From the NCBI GenBank assembly GCA_038087875.1, contig JAXLNO010000046.1, forward strand, positions 64,001 to 128,000: DNA of 64,000 nucleotides, written 5' to 3'. Position 1 is the first letter of the stretch, and the number at the start of each line of letters is the position of its first letter. The notes under the pieces are model-generated. The model saw only the letters and a program-made list of their open reading frames with translations. It was not told the origin of the DNA and ran no database searches. The translations under genes and the position numbers were made by a program. This DNA is from Malacoraja senta (Eukaryota). Of the stretch, positions 25,540 through 39,097 are shown one piece after another.

Positions 25540-26143
25540 AATCAAGTTCCAGTTCACATTTATTGCCACATGCACCAGTTAAGATACAGTAATATTTGAG
25601 TTACCATACAGCCATACTAAGTGAAAAGCAACAAGACACACAGCCACATACAATAAAATTTAACATAAGCATCCACCACAGTGGAATCAACATTCCTCAC
25701 TGTAATGGAAGGCAATAAAGTTCAGTCATCTTCCTCCTTTGTTCACCCGTGGTCGGGGCTGAACCCTCCGGAGTCGTAGCTGCTGACGGTCTGCTGTCCA
25801 AGCCCTCTCGTCGGGATGATTGAAACTCCGGCGTCGGGATGGATCGGAACACTCCGCGGCATGGAGCTCCCGAGTCGGCCTCTTCTCACCGGAGACCGCG
25901 GGCTTCACGATGTTCAAGTCCACAGGCCTCGCGGTCTGAGCTCTTCCACTGGCGACCCTCGGCAAAGGATCGCCCGCTCCGAGATGTTAAAATCCGCGCC
26001 GCGCCCGCGCCTTGAAGCTCCGAGCCGGTCTTCAGGAAAGGCCGTACCACTTCACGTTGTTAGGCCGCAGGGGGGATGGAGTTACGACATGGAGAAAAAT
26101 CACATCTACGTCAAGGTAAGTGACTGACAAAAGTTTCCCCCAA
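25540..26143 (-). mobile_element. CpG-rich non-autonomous retroelement with Rex1-type 3' tail (putative)
   Basis: Tail tcaagtt...atttattgccacatg resembles the Rex1 3' ends in this window; GC-rich non-coding body. Confidence 0.5.
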
Positions 26144-26486
26144 TTAGGATTATCTTTGCCATTTTGCAATCTATACAGAGCATTGTTTAGACATTTTGTG
26201 GCAGCACGGTTGTGTGGCTGTTGGAGTTTGCAGGTGATCCAGGTAATTCACTGCACTGCACTCCACTGCAGGTAATCCAGTTTCTCCCTGATACGCAGGG
26301 ACATGCAGGTTGGTAGAATAATTGGCCAGAGTTTAGGTTTGTGGTAAAATCTAGAGGTTGATGGAGATGTGGGGAGAATAAAATAGAATTAGTGTAGGTG
26401 TAGTATAAATGATGACATGGATTTGCGGAGCCTGTTTCCATGCAGTATGACTCTTTGACACAAGGAATCTACAACGATGATCAAGT

Positions 26487-26514
26487 CTGAAGAAGGGTTT
26501 TGGCCCGAAACGTT
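26487..26514 (+). ncRNA. Minimal hammerhead core variant in a pLTR-derived unit (unit about 26480-26605)
   Basis: CUGAAGA-A-GGGUU-UU-GGCCC-GAAAC-GUU; helix II is kept through G-U pairs. Confidence 0.5.
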
Positions 26515-28545
26515 GCCTATTTCCTCCACATAGATGCTGCTGCACCCGTTGAGTTTCTCCAGCATTTTTGTGTACCATCAATGCATCAGTTCTCTCTGCA
26601 GCTACAACCGCTGCGTCAAAGGCAATAGGGCCTCTCTCTCCACTGTGGGGCACTGTGACTACATGTGGTGGGTCTTACAAACATGTACTATTTGCCAAGG
26701 TATCTGACACTGTTTCCATCACATACATCGCCCAGGAGGCACTTGGCCGCTCCATTCTCTCCCCATTCCCCAAGTCACAAACTATCTGGACTTTAACTGT
26801 TGCTGGAACGTTTTATGTAACAGCTCAGTGGGTCTGTATAAAACACAGATGCTATTGTCCACAAGGTAGATCCTCACCATCTGCTCAAGGGCATCTGTGG
26901 ACTGTAGTCGATGCTGGCTCTGCTCATTCACTGAATGAATTAAAACAACAATAATGAGGGATTCTTGAATGTACAGGAGAGGTGCAGAGAAAGGCAACAG
27001 CATTGATCCTGGCTATCAAAGGTGCAGATTTTAAAGAGATGGGACTCACTATCTCCCTTATTCACTCTCAACATTCTGGAAATAGTTAGTAATTTCAACT
27101 ATCAACAAAGGTATTTTATTCATGAAACAGTCACAGTGCCAACTGGTTACTTTCTTTCTGAGAGCTGCCTCTTGGAAACTTTAAGTTTAGGTTTATTAAT
27201 ATCACATCGGCCGAGGTACAGTGAAAAGCTTTGTTTTGCATGCTATGGGGAAGAAGCTGTCACTGTCTGGTGGTGCACGATTCAAGCTTCTGTACCTATT
27301 ACTAGAAGTAGAGACAGTTATCCATAGGCGACAGCTTACAAGGAAAGTTGTTGTCCAATATTACACCTGATGCATAACTACATCCCTCCGTCAATAATGG
27401 AAAGCTAAAGGATAAAAAAATCCATATATTTGTCCAGGTCCATATACCTTACTTTGGCTCTAAGTTCTCGTAATGCCGGAGTTAAAGGACTATCCTTCTC
27501 CATCACAGCTACATCATCCGTAAAATTGCAAGAAGCGAGGATACTCAAATATGACCTGTCACTGATGACTTAACCAATGAAATATCAAAGGGAGCTATGT
27601 GTAGTGTTCCCTACTGCTCGATGTCTCTGTTGAAGATGAGGATATGTCCGATGGTCAAACTGCCAATCCTTTGAGAATCTCACAAATATGTTTGCTGTCT
27701 TTTGAGGCTTTTTGTCTTTCACCAGCTCCTCAAGAATTCCATACCTGGCAATCCGTCCTTTGAATTAGCTAATTATTGGTCACCTTGATGGCTCGGTGCA
27801 TTTCTCACATGGAAGTATGGTCTGTAAAGAGCCACAGTCTCAGCCTGTATCTCTGCCGTCTGGGTCCGTCCCTTCACACACTGCATCCTCTTATCCTGTC
27901 TGGCAGCCTCTTGCATCAATAGCTGAGAGACCAGAATATGATTTCCTATGTTCACTCTCTCCAACTTTATACTCTCAATTTCTCATCTCCGCCTACATGG
28001 GTTTGTTTAGTCATTGTTTGACACAAATATTCTCTGCATCTCCTTGGTGTTCTGTGGAGGTGCTCATTCAGCAATTAACTCAGGTGCCTCATGTTCATGG
28101 TGTACAGTTGTCTTGTCCCGATATGCCCTTTGCAACTTCTCCAATCCAAAGGTCTTGGTGCTTCCTCAACATGGCTTCACTTCTGCCAATGTTCTACTTG
28201 GGTAAACTAGAGGTTGAGGCTCCATCTGAATATCTTTTTGTTTGCATGCTCACTGAAGAAGCAGCCTGTGATGTTTCTGTTGTATTGAAGTTGCTGCATA
28301 CAGTAAATGGAAGTTGGTTTTATCCCTGGGTTTTTGTTTGTTCTACCTCAGTTAAGAGATTATATGTCTGGAGTTGGGACAGGATCATTATAATTGTGGG
28401 GAAGTCTGCCATGGTACACATATCCAACATGATATATGGATGGTATATCCAACATGAGTCTAAATTTGATGGACAAATTGGTTCTTCATTGCCTGTTATC
28501 TAAGTAACTCAGCAAGGAGTCCAGTTAAGCTGGACATCTCCTGAA

Positions 28546-28634
28546 AGGACACAGAGTGCTGGAGTAACTCAGTGGGTCAGGCAGCATTTCTGGAGAATAT
28601 GAATAGGTGACGTTTCGGATAGAGACCATTCTTC
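28546..28634 (-). mobile_element. 89-bp Penelope pLTR-derived monomer; 12-bp TSD
   Basis: TSD acatctcctgaa at 28534-28545 and 28635-28646. Confidence 0.85.
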
Positions 28635-29477
28635 ACATCTCCTGAAGCTGGGTTATGAAAGTTACCAATGAAATTGGAATCCATCCTCCAAATGTGTGTG
28701 ATGATTGATGGAACTAGGCCATCATTTTCTTCAACAGTGCAAGGTTTGTCCTTGGAGAATACCTAAATCACCAGTGTAAGGCAATGTTTGTTGGGTCACT
28801 CTGAAAAATCCAACTCAGAGGCTGCAGAAAAATATTTGGAACAAAGGAACAAGTTTACATGCGAGTCATTTATGAGTCACAGCTACTTGACCTACCAAAT
28901 AGAAGTTTCATTCTGGAATTTACATCTCTCAGAAGTACAAGAATCCCTTGAGTCTGCAACCAGAAGTTGATTTCTTTCATACATTTAATTTCCCAAGCCA
29001 ACTTGAAGAATATGAATTGATGAACTTCTCCAGCATTAACCAACATAGGGACCTTTGAGAGCATTCTTCAGTGTATGATGAGTTTCTAAATTGTCCTCTG
29101 GAGTATAAAGTTAGTGAATGCAATAATGCAAAGTCCCAAATGTGGACATTTATAATGGGCACATTATTGGTGATTTGAATAAGTACAATGGGAACGGCAA
29201 GTTTTATGTTTTCCATTAGTTTTCCCTTCCCCTGTGGAAGATTTGTAGCTTGATTTCTTGGCACTCTGGGCCTCTATTTATCAGCAATATCCACCGTGAA
29301 TTGCAATTGTAACATTATAGCGTGCCAGTGGACATGTACACTTAGTCACACACATTGCTAAGGCAACCGAATGTAAACAGAGATGATGTCAATATTCAAG
29401 CAACACTCTTTGGATGCCTGCCCTGTCTAATTAGGATGTGAGGACATGCCTATGGGATGTCAGGTGTGAAGCACGAC

Positions 29478-29562
29478 CCCCACACCTGTCCCGTTTCTGG
29501 AGCTCCCTCTCACCTGTCCCGTTTCTAGAGCTCCCCCTCACCTGTCCCGTTTCATTAGAGCT
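29478..29562. repeat. Three copies of a ~28-bp unit
   Basis: cacctgtcccgtttc repeated at about 29483, 29511 and 29539. Confidence 0.85.
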
Positions 29563-30914
29563 AAGTAGTTGGGGATTGAGTTGTAGCAAAGATTGTTGTG
29601 TTCTCCGAGCAGAAGAGTGGAGCTAAATGGTTGCTGATGATCATGCTGCAGCCAAAGTGGAGCATGGTGGGACCATGGGGCTCAAATGGGGACCAAATGG
29701 GGTGAGCAGGAGGAGCAAGACTAAATGATGGAATGGAATACTTGATTGTTACGTGACTAGGCACAGTGAGCTTCTTTGCTGCATACCCAACGTATAGAAT
29801 TAGCGGTCACCTACAGCATTGACAAAGTTAGAAAGCATGCTGGCTCCTCCTTTTGATTCCCGCCCCACTCCCCTCACAGTGGTCCCCCCACGCCGAGTCC
29901 TCCATCGTTCTTCTCCTCCTCCATCACGGTGGTCCTCCACGCTCTCATCGACCGTCGACTGTGGGTCGACCCGCGAGGCCCCACTTCACGCCTCCTTGGT
30001 GCCGACCTGGGCCCCAGCTGCGGGCTCTGGCGGCTGCTCTACTAACCTGGATTCCGATAAAGGCCTCCAGTCCACAGCCAAGGCTCAAATGATGAGCGTC
30101 CTTGTGAAAGGAGATGAGCAGTGGGAGCAGGGTGAAGGGGTTTGGCCCAGGAGCTTCTAATGCCCAAGAAACCTCTGAGGACCACTGCTTCCATCTCCAC
30201 TGGCTGGAGAAGCATTGTAAATGTGGACAAATATTGGCAGAGATGCCGTTGTGTTTTAAATTGACTTTAAAACCAAGATAATATCTGCCTCTAAAAGCAT
30301 GCAAGACCAAACTTTCCACTGCATGTCATTTGAATTAATGTTAGAGAGTTTGCACAGTCTTTAATGAATCAACATTCAATCCATGATCAATGCCTCAAAT
30401 GCAGACTAGCTGGTCAATTATTCATACGCTGCTTTTAGTACTGACATTATCTGTCATGAGAAAACTGCATCTTCCAGTTATAACGACACAGAAGGACACG
30501 GTTTGGTCCATCCTGGCTACTAGGAGAGTAATTCCATTTGTATAATTTACCATCTTGCAGCATCTCCACCCAAAACACCAATAATTAATTTCCCTCCACG
30601 GATGCCCAGATATTTGCTGTCTTTCTGATCAACTGCACTTTGATTCTCTTTGACATTGACCCATTCCAATAACATGTCTTTGGGATGTGGAGGAAAATGG
30701 AGCACCCAGAGGAGAAACACATGTTTACAAAGAATGTGTAAGCTCTGCACCAGCAGTGCCAGAGGTCGAAACCAAACCCAGGTCTGTGGAGCTTTACTAA
30801 CTCCTGCATCGCTGTGCCACTAAGAATTATAATAGCCGAGTATAACAATAATTGCTGAGGGTATCTGTTAGTGGTGAACATATGGGAATATGACTAGGTG
30901 CTTTGTCAATGGAT

Positions 30915-31470
30915 ACTTAACTTTATACTTTATTGTCATTGTAGTGGTGCATACAACAACATTCAGGCACACTGCCTGAGCACAGCTCAAATGTACAAGA
31001 TAAAACATAACAATAAAATAATAGCATAAAAGTGAGAACAATAACAATTGTTCATACACTCACGTGCACATACTGTGACACACACACACACACACAGATT
31101 CACACACACATACACATTACGCCTATGTATGAACCCTTACCACAACATAAGATATTGCACTCATTGACATTGACAGAATATTGGATATTACACAGAATAG
31201 TATTATAAAAATAAATATTATAAATGAATATATCAGTATTGCGCAAAGGTAGGTATTGTACAGTATAAATATTGACTATGGGGGTTGTGCTTTCAGGGCA
31301 GAGTTCAGTGTGGTGATGGCTGAGGGGAGAAACTGTTTGTTAGTCTTGTGGTGAGAGCTTTGATGGATCTGTAGCGCTTTCCTGAGGGCAGAAGGGCAAA
31401 CAAGTGATGGGCGGGGTGAGATGGGTCCTTCAGGATACAGGATGCCTTCCGCAGGCGACGGGAGCTATAA
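30915..31470 (-). mobile_element. Rex1/Babar 3' fragment including a (CA)n tract
   Basis: Minus strand RKASCILKDPSHPAHHLFALLPSGKRYRSIK; tail ctttattgtcattg. Confidence 0.8.
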
Positions 31471-31899
31471 TTACCACAGTCAATTCATGCTCCATCTCTA
31501 TTCAACCATGAACAGTGGTGGGAATGGGCATAAATGTGGGAAAGATACAATGTTTTAATAGAAGGCAATCTTTTAGGTTTGACTTGAGGCACATTATCAG
31601 GCCATTACTCTATCCAGCCACAATGTACCTGACTTGGGAATGCTTCATGCCACTGCTGTTCCATTCATTAGTGACAACACTGGGCAATTATGCCTTAAAA
31701 AATAAATCTGCTCCAGAATATAGTGGATTGTTTTGGCTTTCGGTCAATAGTGTAAAATGGGTGATGATCAGTTGTCAGCTTAGATATTATAGAGCAGCAA
31801 ATTAGGCAAAATGTTTAATAGCATTGGGCTGATGCCTGAAGTCAAAATGATCATTGTATCTCTAATAACAACATGACCCTTTTACCTAACATTAAAACA

Positions 31900-32885
31900 A
31901 ATAATAGGGCCAGCCAAATGTGTACAGTGGCCAACAGAGCAGGCTGATTATTGATGGTGATTGACTCACCTGCTGACTCTCTAAAGACCGTCCAAACGGT
32001 CACTTCAACCACTAAGAGGAGCAGGTACAACTCCATGATCAGAAGGTTCATCTCCAAGTCATGTACCATCCTGATTTGGTTGTATATTGCTGTTCCTTTA
32101 TTCCCACTGAAAAGCACGGCTAGGTATCTTCACAAGGAGGACTGCAGTGTTCATGAATGAAAGCCAATGGCATGTTGGCCTTCATTGCGAGATGATTTGA
32201 GTTTACGAGCAAGGAGATCCTATTGCAGTTGTACAGGGCCCTGGTGAGACCGCACCTGGAGTATTGTGCGCAATTTTGATCTCCTAATTTGAGGAAGGAC
32301 ATTATTGCTATTAAGGGAGTGCAGCGTAGGTTCACCAGGTTAATTCCCGGGATGGCAGGACTGATGTATGATGAAAGAATGGGTCGACTGGGCTTGTATT
32401 CGCTGGAATTTAGGATGAAACGAGATCTTATAGAAACATATAACATTCTTAGAGGATTGGACAGGCTAGATATAGGAAAAATGTTCCTGATGTTGAGGGA
32501 GTCCAGAACCAGGGGTCACAGTTTAAGAATAAGGGGTAGGCCATTTAGGATTGAGATGAGGAAAAACCTTTTCACCCAGAGAGTTGTGAATCTGTGGAAT
32601 TCTCTGCCACAGGAGTCAGTGGAGGCCAATTCTGAATGTTTTCAAGAGAGAGTTAGATTTAGCTCTTAGGGTAAACGTAATCGAGGGATATGGGGAAAAA
32701 GTAGGAACGGGGTACTGATTTTGGATGATCAGCCTTGATCATATTGAATGGTGGTGCTGGCTCGAAGGGCCGAATGGCCTGCTCCTGCACCTATTTACTA
32801 TGTATCTATGTTTCTATCATCACCACCTTCTGAAAGGTGCCAAGGTCTGGGCAGGAAATGATGATGCTTAAATGCTGTAAATAAT
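31900..32885 (+). mobile_element. Old LINE 3' remnant interrupted by a CR1 fragment (about 32158-32817)
   Basis: CR1: KANGMLAF..RPHLEYC..RKDIIAIKGVQRRFTRLIPG with a (ctatgttt) tail. Flanks resemble the old LINE at 36700-37460 (ggactgcag | caccaccttct). Confidence 0.8.
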
Positions 32886-32999
32886 TCATCTCGTGGCCAG
32901 TGGAACTTTTAACTAAAGATCCCTTCTCAGTTTGTGCAATATTAATAGTGGTTGTGGCCTAACAGTTATTACCTTTTGCTGAGAATAGGTAATTTAAGT

Positions 33000-33287
33000 T
33001 AATTTTATTTAGAGATATGGCATGGAAACAGGCCCTTCGGCCCATGGAGTCCATGCCAACCTTTAATCACCTGTTCACACTAGTTCTATGCCATCCCACT
33101 TCCTCATCCACTCCCTACACTCTAGGGTTAATTTACAGAAGACAATTAACCAACAAACCTGCACGTCTTTGGGATGTGGGAGGAAAGCGGAGCACTTGGG
33201 AGAAACCCACGCGGTCACAGGGAGAACGTACAAACTTCATATAAACAGCACCCGTGGTCAGGATCGAATCTGGGTCTCTGGCGCTGG
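33000..33287 (-). mobile_element. V-SINE/HE1-like tRNA-derived SINE
   Basis: B-box-like ttcgatcc, V-domain aagtttgtacgttctccctgtgaccgcgtgggttt, CR1-derived tail gggccgaagggcctgtttcc. Confidence 0.85.
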
Positions 33288-33468
33288 ACCCTTCTTCAAA
33301 CTGCAGTGTGATCCTACTAGCAGTCTGAAGAAGAATACTGACCTCAATGTTCTCCACAGCTGCCTGACCCGCTGAGTTACTCCAGCACTCTGTGAAACGT
33401 CACCTATCCATGTTCTCCACAGATGCTGCCTGACCCGCTGAATTACTCCAGCACTCTCTGTGTCTTTT
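33288..33468 (+). mobile_element. Penelope pLTR-derived tandem dimer, degenerate core
   Basis: Junction ccagcactctgtg|aaacgtcacc at about 33382-33404. Confidence 0.75.
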
Positions 33469-34456
33469 CTTGCACTGCAATGAAGTTGATCATTAACTGC
33501 CCAAACAAGAAGCAAGCCGAGGAATGTATAATAAATGCTGGAATGTTGTTAAGGTAAATAGTAAATAGCAGTTAAGGTACATAGTTCTGATAGATATACA
33601 CAAGCGGGATGTCGGAAGGTGTGGAAGCAGGGGAGAGGAGAGTCATGAAGCACCAGTGAAGCAACATAGACAAGTTGAGCAGATTAGCTCTTTCTGTGCT
33701 GCGAGCGGAAGCCTGTCCAAATACAGCCTAGAAATGTCCCCAGTACCGAGCTGGAGGGTGAATTACCCTAATAGAGCCAAGCACTTGCTTCATCAGCTCC
33801 AGTCTATCAGTTCATTATGGAACAGCCGCATACAATCTGCCTTATAAATTTTTAATAACTGGTTTATTGAAAGATTTTAGTTTGGATCTGGCATCATTTT
33901 CTTGTGTTTATTTTATGGTAACAAGAAAGCAGTTTCAGGTTTTATTTCATCATTGTTCATACTTGAGAGCCTCTAGAAAGATAAAAACACTTTTATTGTC
34001 ATAAAACTCAATATACCGCTTCCAGCTGAATGAGTAGTCTATGAATAATTTTATAATAAGCTCCAATTTATGATTCATGCAAAACTTAGCATCCATTAAA
34101 CCAAAAGCAATCACATCCATAGTGCACTTTTTTGCTTACAAATATTATTAGTACATAAATGCAAACAGTAAAAGATTGTTGTCCCTTGCTAGTGAATTGC
34201 TAACAAGGATAGGGAGACTGAAGACAGTCATTGGAAATGCATAGGGAGCGAAAAATATTTTTCATAAGGCTGTTAATATTGGAATAGTTTACCACACACA
34301 TCTATCTGTGATGCTGTTTAATGCAGATTCAGAAACGCAACTGAAAAGTAATCCTTTGGAGAAGGAACGATGCCAGATCGATGGTCTTGCTTTCAAGATC
34401 ATGGAGCAGATTCATGACTTCTAGAAGGCAGGGGTGGAGAGGGTGAGAGTGTCTGA

Positions 34457-34557
34457 GTGAAGATAGACACAGTGTGCTGGAGTAACTCAGCGGGTCAGGC
34501 AGCATCTCTGGAGAGAAGGAATGGGTGACGTTTCGTGTCAAGACCCTTCTTCAGACT
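34457..34557 (-). mobile_element. Penelope pLTR-derived monomer; 8-bp TSD
   Basis: TSD gtgtctga at 34449-34456 and 34558-34565; hammerhead-like core at 34527-34554 with one helix II mismatch. Confidence 0.8.
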
Positions 34558-35090
34558 GTGTCTGATCATGCTCATCTCTGACGGCCTGTTTCTGGGTCCA
34601 GCACCTCGTCAGAATCACAAAGAAAGCTCACCAACACCTCCACTTCCTTTGTTCGATAATGTGCCAAGTTTCCTCAGTACACGATCAAAATGTTACATTT
34701 CACTGGAGAGTGTTCAGATCCCGCATGGATTCAGGGCTATTTGGTAGAATGAATCCAAACAAGTTTGGTGAGTAGTCAGGACGACCAATAACAAGCGAGA
34801 ATGAAGTGGATGTTTCCAAGTCCATCACAGACATTGACCTCTCCACCATCAAAGGGATCTACAGGAAGCACTGCCTTAAGAAGGTAGCTAACGTGTAGGG
34901 ATATGGGCCGGGTGCATGCATGTGCGACTTGCCTGAACAGTATGGATGGGTTGGGCTGAACTCAATACACAGTGTTATGTGTTCTGAATTCTTGGCTATG
35001 GATCTCTTTGACTGTATAACGCAGTTTGTATCACAATAAAAAATTGTTGTCTCATGTGGTGGCCTTATACACAATTAATGGGATAGAAGA

Positions 35091-36010
35091 TTGCGGATGA
35101 CACAAAGCTGGGGGGCAGTGTTAGCTGTGAGGAGGGTGCAAGATGACTTAGATAGGCTGGGTGAGTGGGCAAATGCATGGCAGATGCAGTATAATGTGGA
35201 TAAATGTGACGTTATCCACTTTGGTGGCAAAAACAGGAAAGTAGACTATTACCTGAATGGTGGCCGATTAGGAAAAGGGGAGATGCAACGAGACCTGGGT
35301 GTCATGGGACACCAGTTATTGAAAGTAGGCATGCAGGTGCAGCAGGCAGTGAAGAAAGCGAATGGTATGTTAGCATTCATAGCAAAAGGATTTGAGTATA
35401 GGAGCAGGGAGGTTCTACTGCAGTTGTACAGGGTCTTGGTGAGACCACACCTGGAGTATTGCGTACAGTTTTGGTCTCCTAATCTGAGGAAGGACATTCT
35501 TGCCATAGAGGGAGTACAGAGAAGGTTCACCAGACTGATTCCTGGGATGTCAGGACTTTCATATGAAGAAAGACTGGATAGACTCGGCTTGTACTCGCTA
35601 GAATTTAGAAGATTGAGGGGGGATCTTATAGAAACTTACAAAATTCTTAAGGGGTTGGACAGGCTAGATGCAGGAAGATTGTTCCCGATGTTGGGGAAGT
35701 CCAGAACAAGGGGTCACAGTTTAAGGATAAAGGGGAAATCTTTTAGGACTGAGATGAGAAAAACATTTTTTACACAGAGAGTGGTGAATCTCTGGAATTC
35801 TCTGCCACAGAATGTAGTTGAGGCCAGTTCATTGGCTTTATTTAAGAGGGAGTTAGATGTGGCCCTTGTGGCTAAAGGGATCAGGGGGTATGGAGAGAAA
35901 GCAGGTACAGGATACTGAGTTGGATGATCAGCCATGATCATATTGAATGGCGGTGCAGGCTCGAAGGGCCGAATGGCCTACTCCTGCACCTATTTTCTAT
36001 GTTTCTTTGT
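35091..36010 (+). mobile_element. Young CR1 LINE 3' fragment (RT C-terminal half)
   Basis: ADDTKLGG..QDDLDRLGEWANAWQMQYNVDKC..RDLGV..RPHLEYCVQFWSP..GEKAGTGY, then a CR1 3'UTR. Confidence 0.96.
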
Positions 36011-36143
36011 TCTAACCTTCACGTGGTCCGCCCTGTTTTCGACGAATGCAATCAACCCGGCGCGCACAATCAAATAAGATCAAATAGAACAAGTTGTCCT
36101 TCAACTTTAGGCTCTGCACGCCATACGCAAGAGGAAGAAGAAG
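36011..36143 (+). mobile_element. Short retroposed element with (GAA)n tail sharing a 14-bp TSD with the upstream CR1 block
   Basis: Ends tgcacgccatacgcaagaggaagaagaag; TSD atacacaattaatg at 35067-35080 and 36144-36157. Confidence 0.7.
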
Positions 36144-36699
36144 ATACACAATTAATGAATGATTCACATCATGGATAGAGTTGACTGATCATATTGTTCC
36201 CTGGTGAATAGGTTCAATAGTAAAAGATACATTTGTGAACAAGAAGGACTCAAAATGTTATGGGATGGCAGAACTGAACTTTATAATTAGTTCAAAGAGA
36301 GAATTCACTGTAGGGAAGGGATGGAAGGGATTGAAAGGAAGTGAAGGTGACAGCAGTGCCAATAAAACATTGGCTTGTTGGGAGATTAACCCCTTCCTAT
36401 TCATAAAGTTATTTTGTCCTAAGTTGAACAGACTGTGTAGTTGATCACTGGTTGCACTATTGAGCAGAGACGTTAAAATATAGAGGGGGACTTCAAAGAT
36501 GAAAAGTTTATGCTCTTGCATCAACTTACTATTATTATTGCTTGTTAAACCTTAGTGGTTGCAACATATTATAATGCTTCAGCTGTTAAACTTATCTCTT
36601 GCTATTCCTGACGTACGAGGGAGGAAGGATTGGAAGTAGTTGAAGCAGAGAAGAGTGAGGCAGTAAAACCAAAGACGAGTAACATTAAGAGTCGGGCAA

Positions 36700-37460
36700 T
36701 ATCGCCATCAAGAGAGTTTCTCCTACACCTGCCATGACTCTCAATGACATTACTGGTTTCTACCAACAACTACATCCTGGGGGTTTACTATTAAGAATAA
36801 ACTTAAAGAATCAGCCAAGAATACTGTTTTGGCAAGTCTTGGTCGGAGGTTGGGGATGCTGCAATGAGTAACTATTTGACACTCAAGAACGTTTGCACTG
36901 TTTCTAAGCCATACAAGGGCTGCAGTGGAATACCTCCAATTGCCTGAATAAGTCCACCAATACTCGAAGATTAATGATATCTACTAAATGCAAACTGCTA
37001 GATTATCCGACAATAAATCTGCAGTATTTATTCCTCCACCACATATATGCATCCATGTACCATCTACAAAATTCAGTGCAGTTATTTATTTGCTTCAGGT
37101 ATTTCTGCTGCACCTCTGACATCGTAACCTCTTAAGATGGTCAAAGGCAGCAGGTGCATGGGAACACCACCACATGCACGTTACCATTTAGTTTGCAATT
37201 GGAAATATACTGCCATTCTTTCACCATTGCTGGATCTGAATCCTGGAACTTTCTCTCCAAATTCTTACACTAGCGTAACTCAGTGGGTCAGGTAGCATCT
37301 TTAGAGAATGTGGGTAGCTGATGTTTAGGGTTGCAACCCTTCTTACACTAGACGACTGTCGGTTCAAGAAGGAGGTTCACCACTATCTTCTGAAGGGCCG
37401 TTTAGGCTGGGCAATAAATACTGGCCTTACCAATGCTACGCACATCACAAAAACAATTTT
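36700..37460 (+). mobile_element. Ancient CR1/L2-superfamily LINE 3' remnant with a small pLTR-unit insertion at about 37270-37350
   Basis: gcagcaggtgcatgggaacaccacc...tcctggaact...ggttcaagaagg...caccactatcttctgaagggc...gggcaataaatactggcctt. Confidence 0.6.
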
Positions 37461-39097
37461 AAAGGCCATGTTACTTATTTCTTTGTTGCGCCTTCAATGC
37501 AATAAATGATGTGATTAATCCTTATGCAATGAGGTACATAATTTAAACGTCAAGTTACTAAACTTCCTTGGCATAACCAAGAACAGCCAACAACATTTGG
37601 AATGTCCTAACAGTGTAATTAAATGTAGTGTGAGGAGTTGTGTGCCAGACAGTCAGCTAACCTCTGTAGCACTCTCTGATAGATTTACTGCCATTGATGA
37701 GGTTGGAGAAGGAAATGCAAGTCTCAGGCATGGTGTCAACTAGCACATTTGTTTTGCAATTGTACGTTTAATATGTTCTGACACGTCGCTTTTAATGGAT
37801 TTCTCATGTTGCAATTTTTTTTTCTAACCTGCCTATACTCTATATAAATATGACTACCATTGTATTTTAGTCAATTAAACATGAGATATTTTTCGGATGT
37901 CAATGGAGATCTTTTGGAAACGATTCAACTGGGAATTTGTAAAACCTGGACCTGACAACTCCATCTTAAAATACAATGGATAATTCAACGAAAAGTGCTT
38001 GGCCTTATGGAGTAATCTTGATGGAGTAAAGAATCCCCTGGAACAGCAGCTGATAAATCATGCCTAGTCCTGTACCATTAGAGTGGTGCAGATGATAGGA
38101 GTGTATCAGGGATTATGGGTCTCACTCTCTATCACAGCTTCTCACTCTCAAGTTCATATTCTTTAAGAGTAAATTTCTGACCAGGTCAGAATGCTAACTG
38201 GTTGAGGTGGGCCAAAGGGCCTGTTTCCATGCTATATAATTCTATGACTCTATGCCTCTATAACAGGTCCATGGTCTAAAAGGCATGGATGCATTTCAGA
38301 TGATAATTCTGCTCCTCTTTTCAGCAGTGCACTCTGGGAAGCAATCCCTACTTTTCTTGGATTTTCCATGATCCTGTACTGCCGGAGATAAGTGAGGTGC
38401 AGGAAGGGCAGTTTTCTGATCTACAGGTATTTCTTCTTGCTTCCACCTAACTGTTGCTGCATTCTTAAAAGTATTGCAATTATTGCACCTTTTGATCTGA
38501 ATGATCTTTTACCAGGACTTCAAAACTCCCGTGCTGCAATCTGGCAGCAACAATGTCCAAAGTCACCAAACACACATTAGCTTCATTTTTTGACCATTTT
38601 CTTGTTGATATTGTGCACTTTGTTTCTTGGCCTTTTACTCCCATTTCTTAGTCCTGGGAATATTATCCTGACTACAGCAATGTGAAATATGCAGGTGACA
38701 ATAAACTAAATTAAATTAAACCCATCCCAATTTATATTTTCATTGATTTCAATTAAGCAAATTCCACACATTTCAATCCCCACCCCTAAACCCATTCCTC
38801 CCTCTTGGGAAATGGGTCACAAGAAATGGGTCACCAGCCTGTGCTTAATAATATTACTCCATGAATGACTGGAATATGAATGACGAGAATGTTTGTAAAT
38901 GTCTAAATTGTAGTAACATTTATCCTCAGGGGTATCATTTATGTTGTGGGGTTGTAACACCAAGAGGTTAACTTCCCCAGATTGTGCCCTGTTTAAAAGA
39001 TTGCTATAAAGTTCCTTCATCTGGTATTTGAACTGTTTCCAATGATTGACGGGTTAATCACTAAGAGATATAAAATGAAGATTCACAAAAAAACTCT

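Noticed and set aside
27796..28503. 235-aa ORF on + strand
   Set aside because: No recognisable domain, GTG start, composition typical of a chance frame; may be a decayed TE but unassignable.
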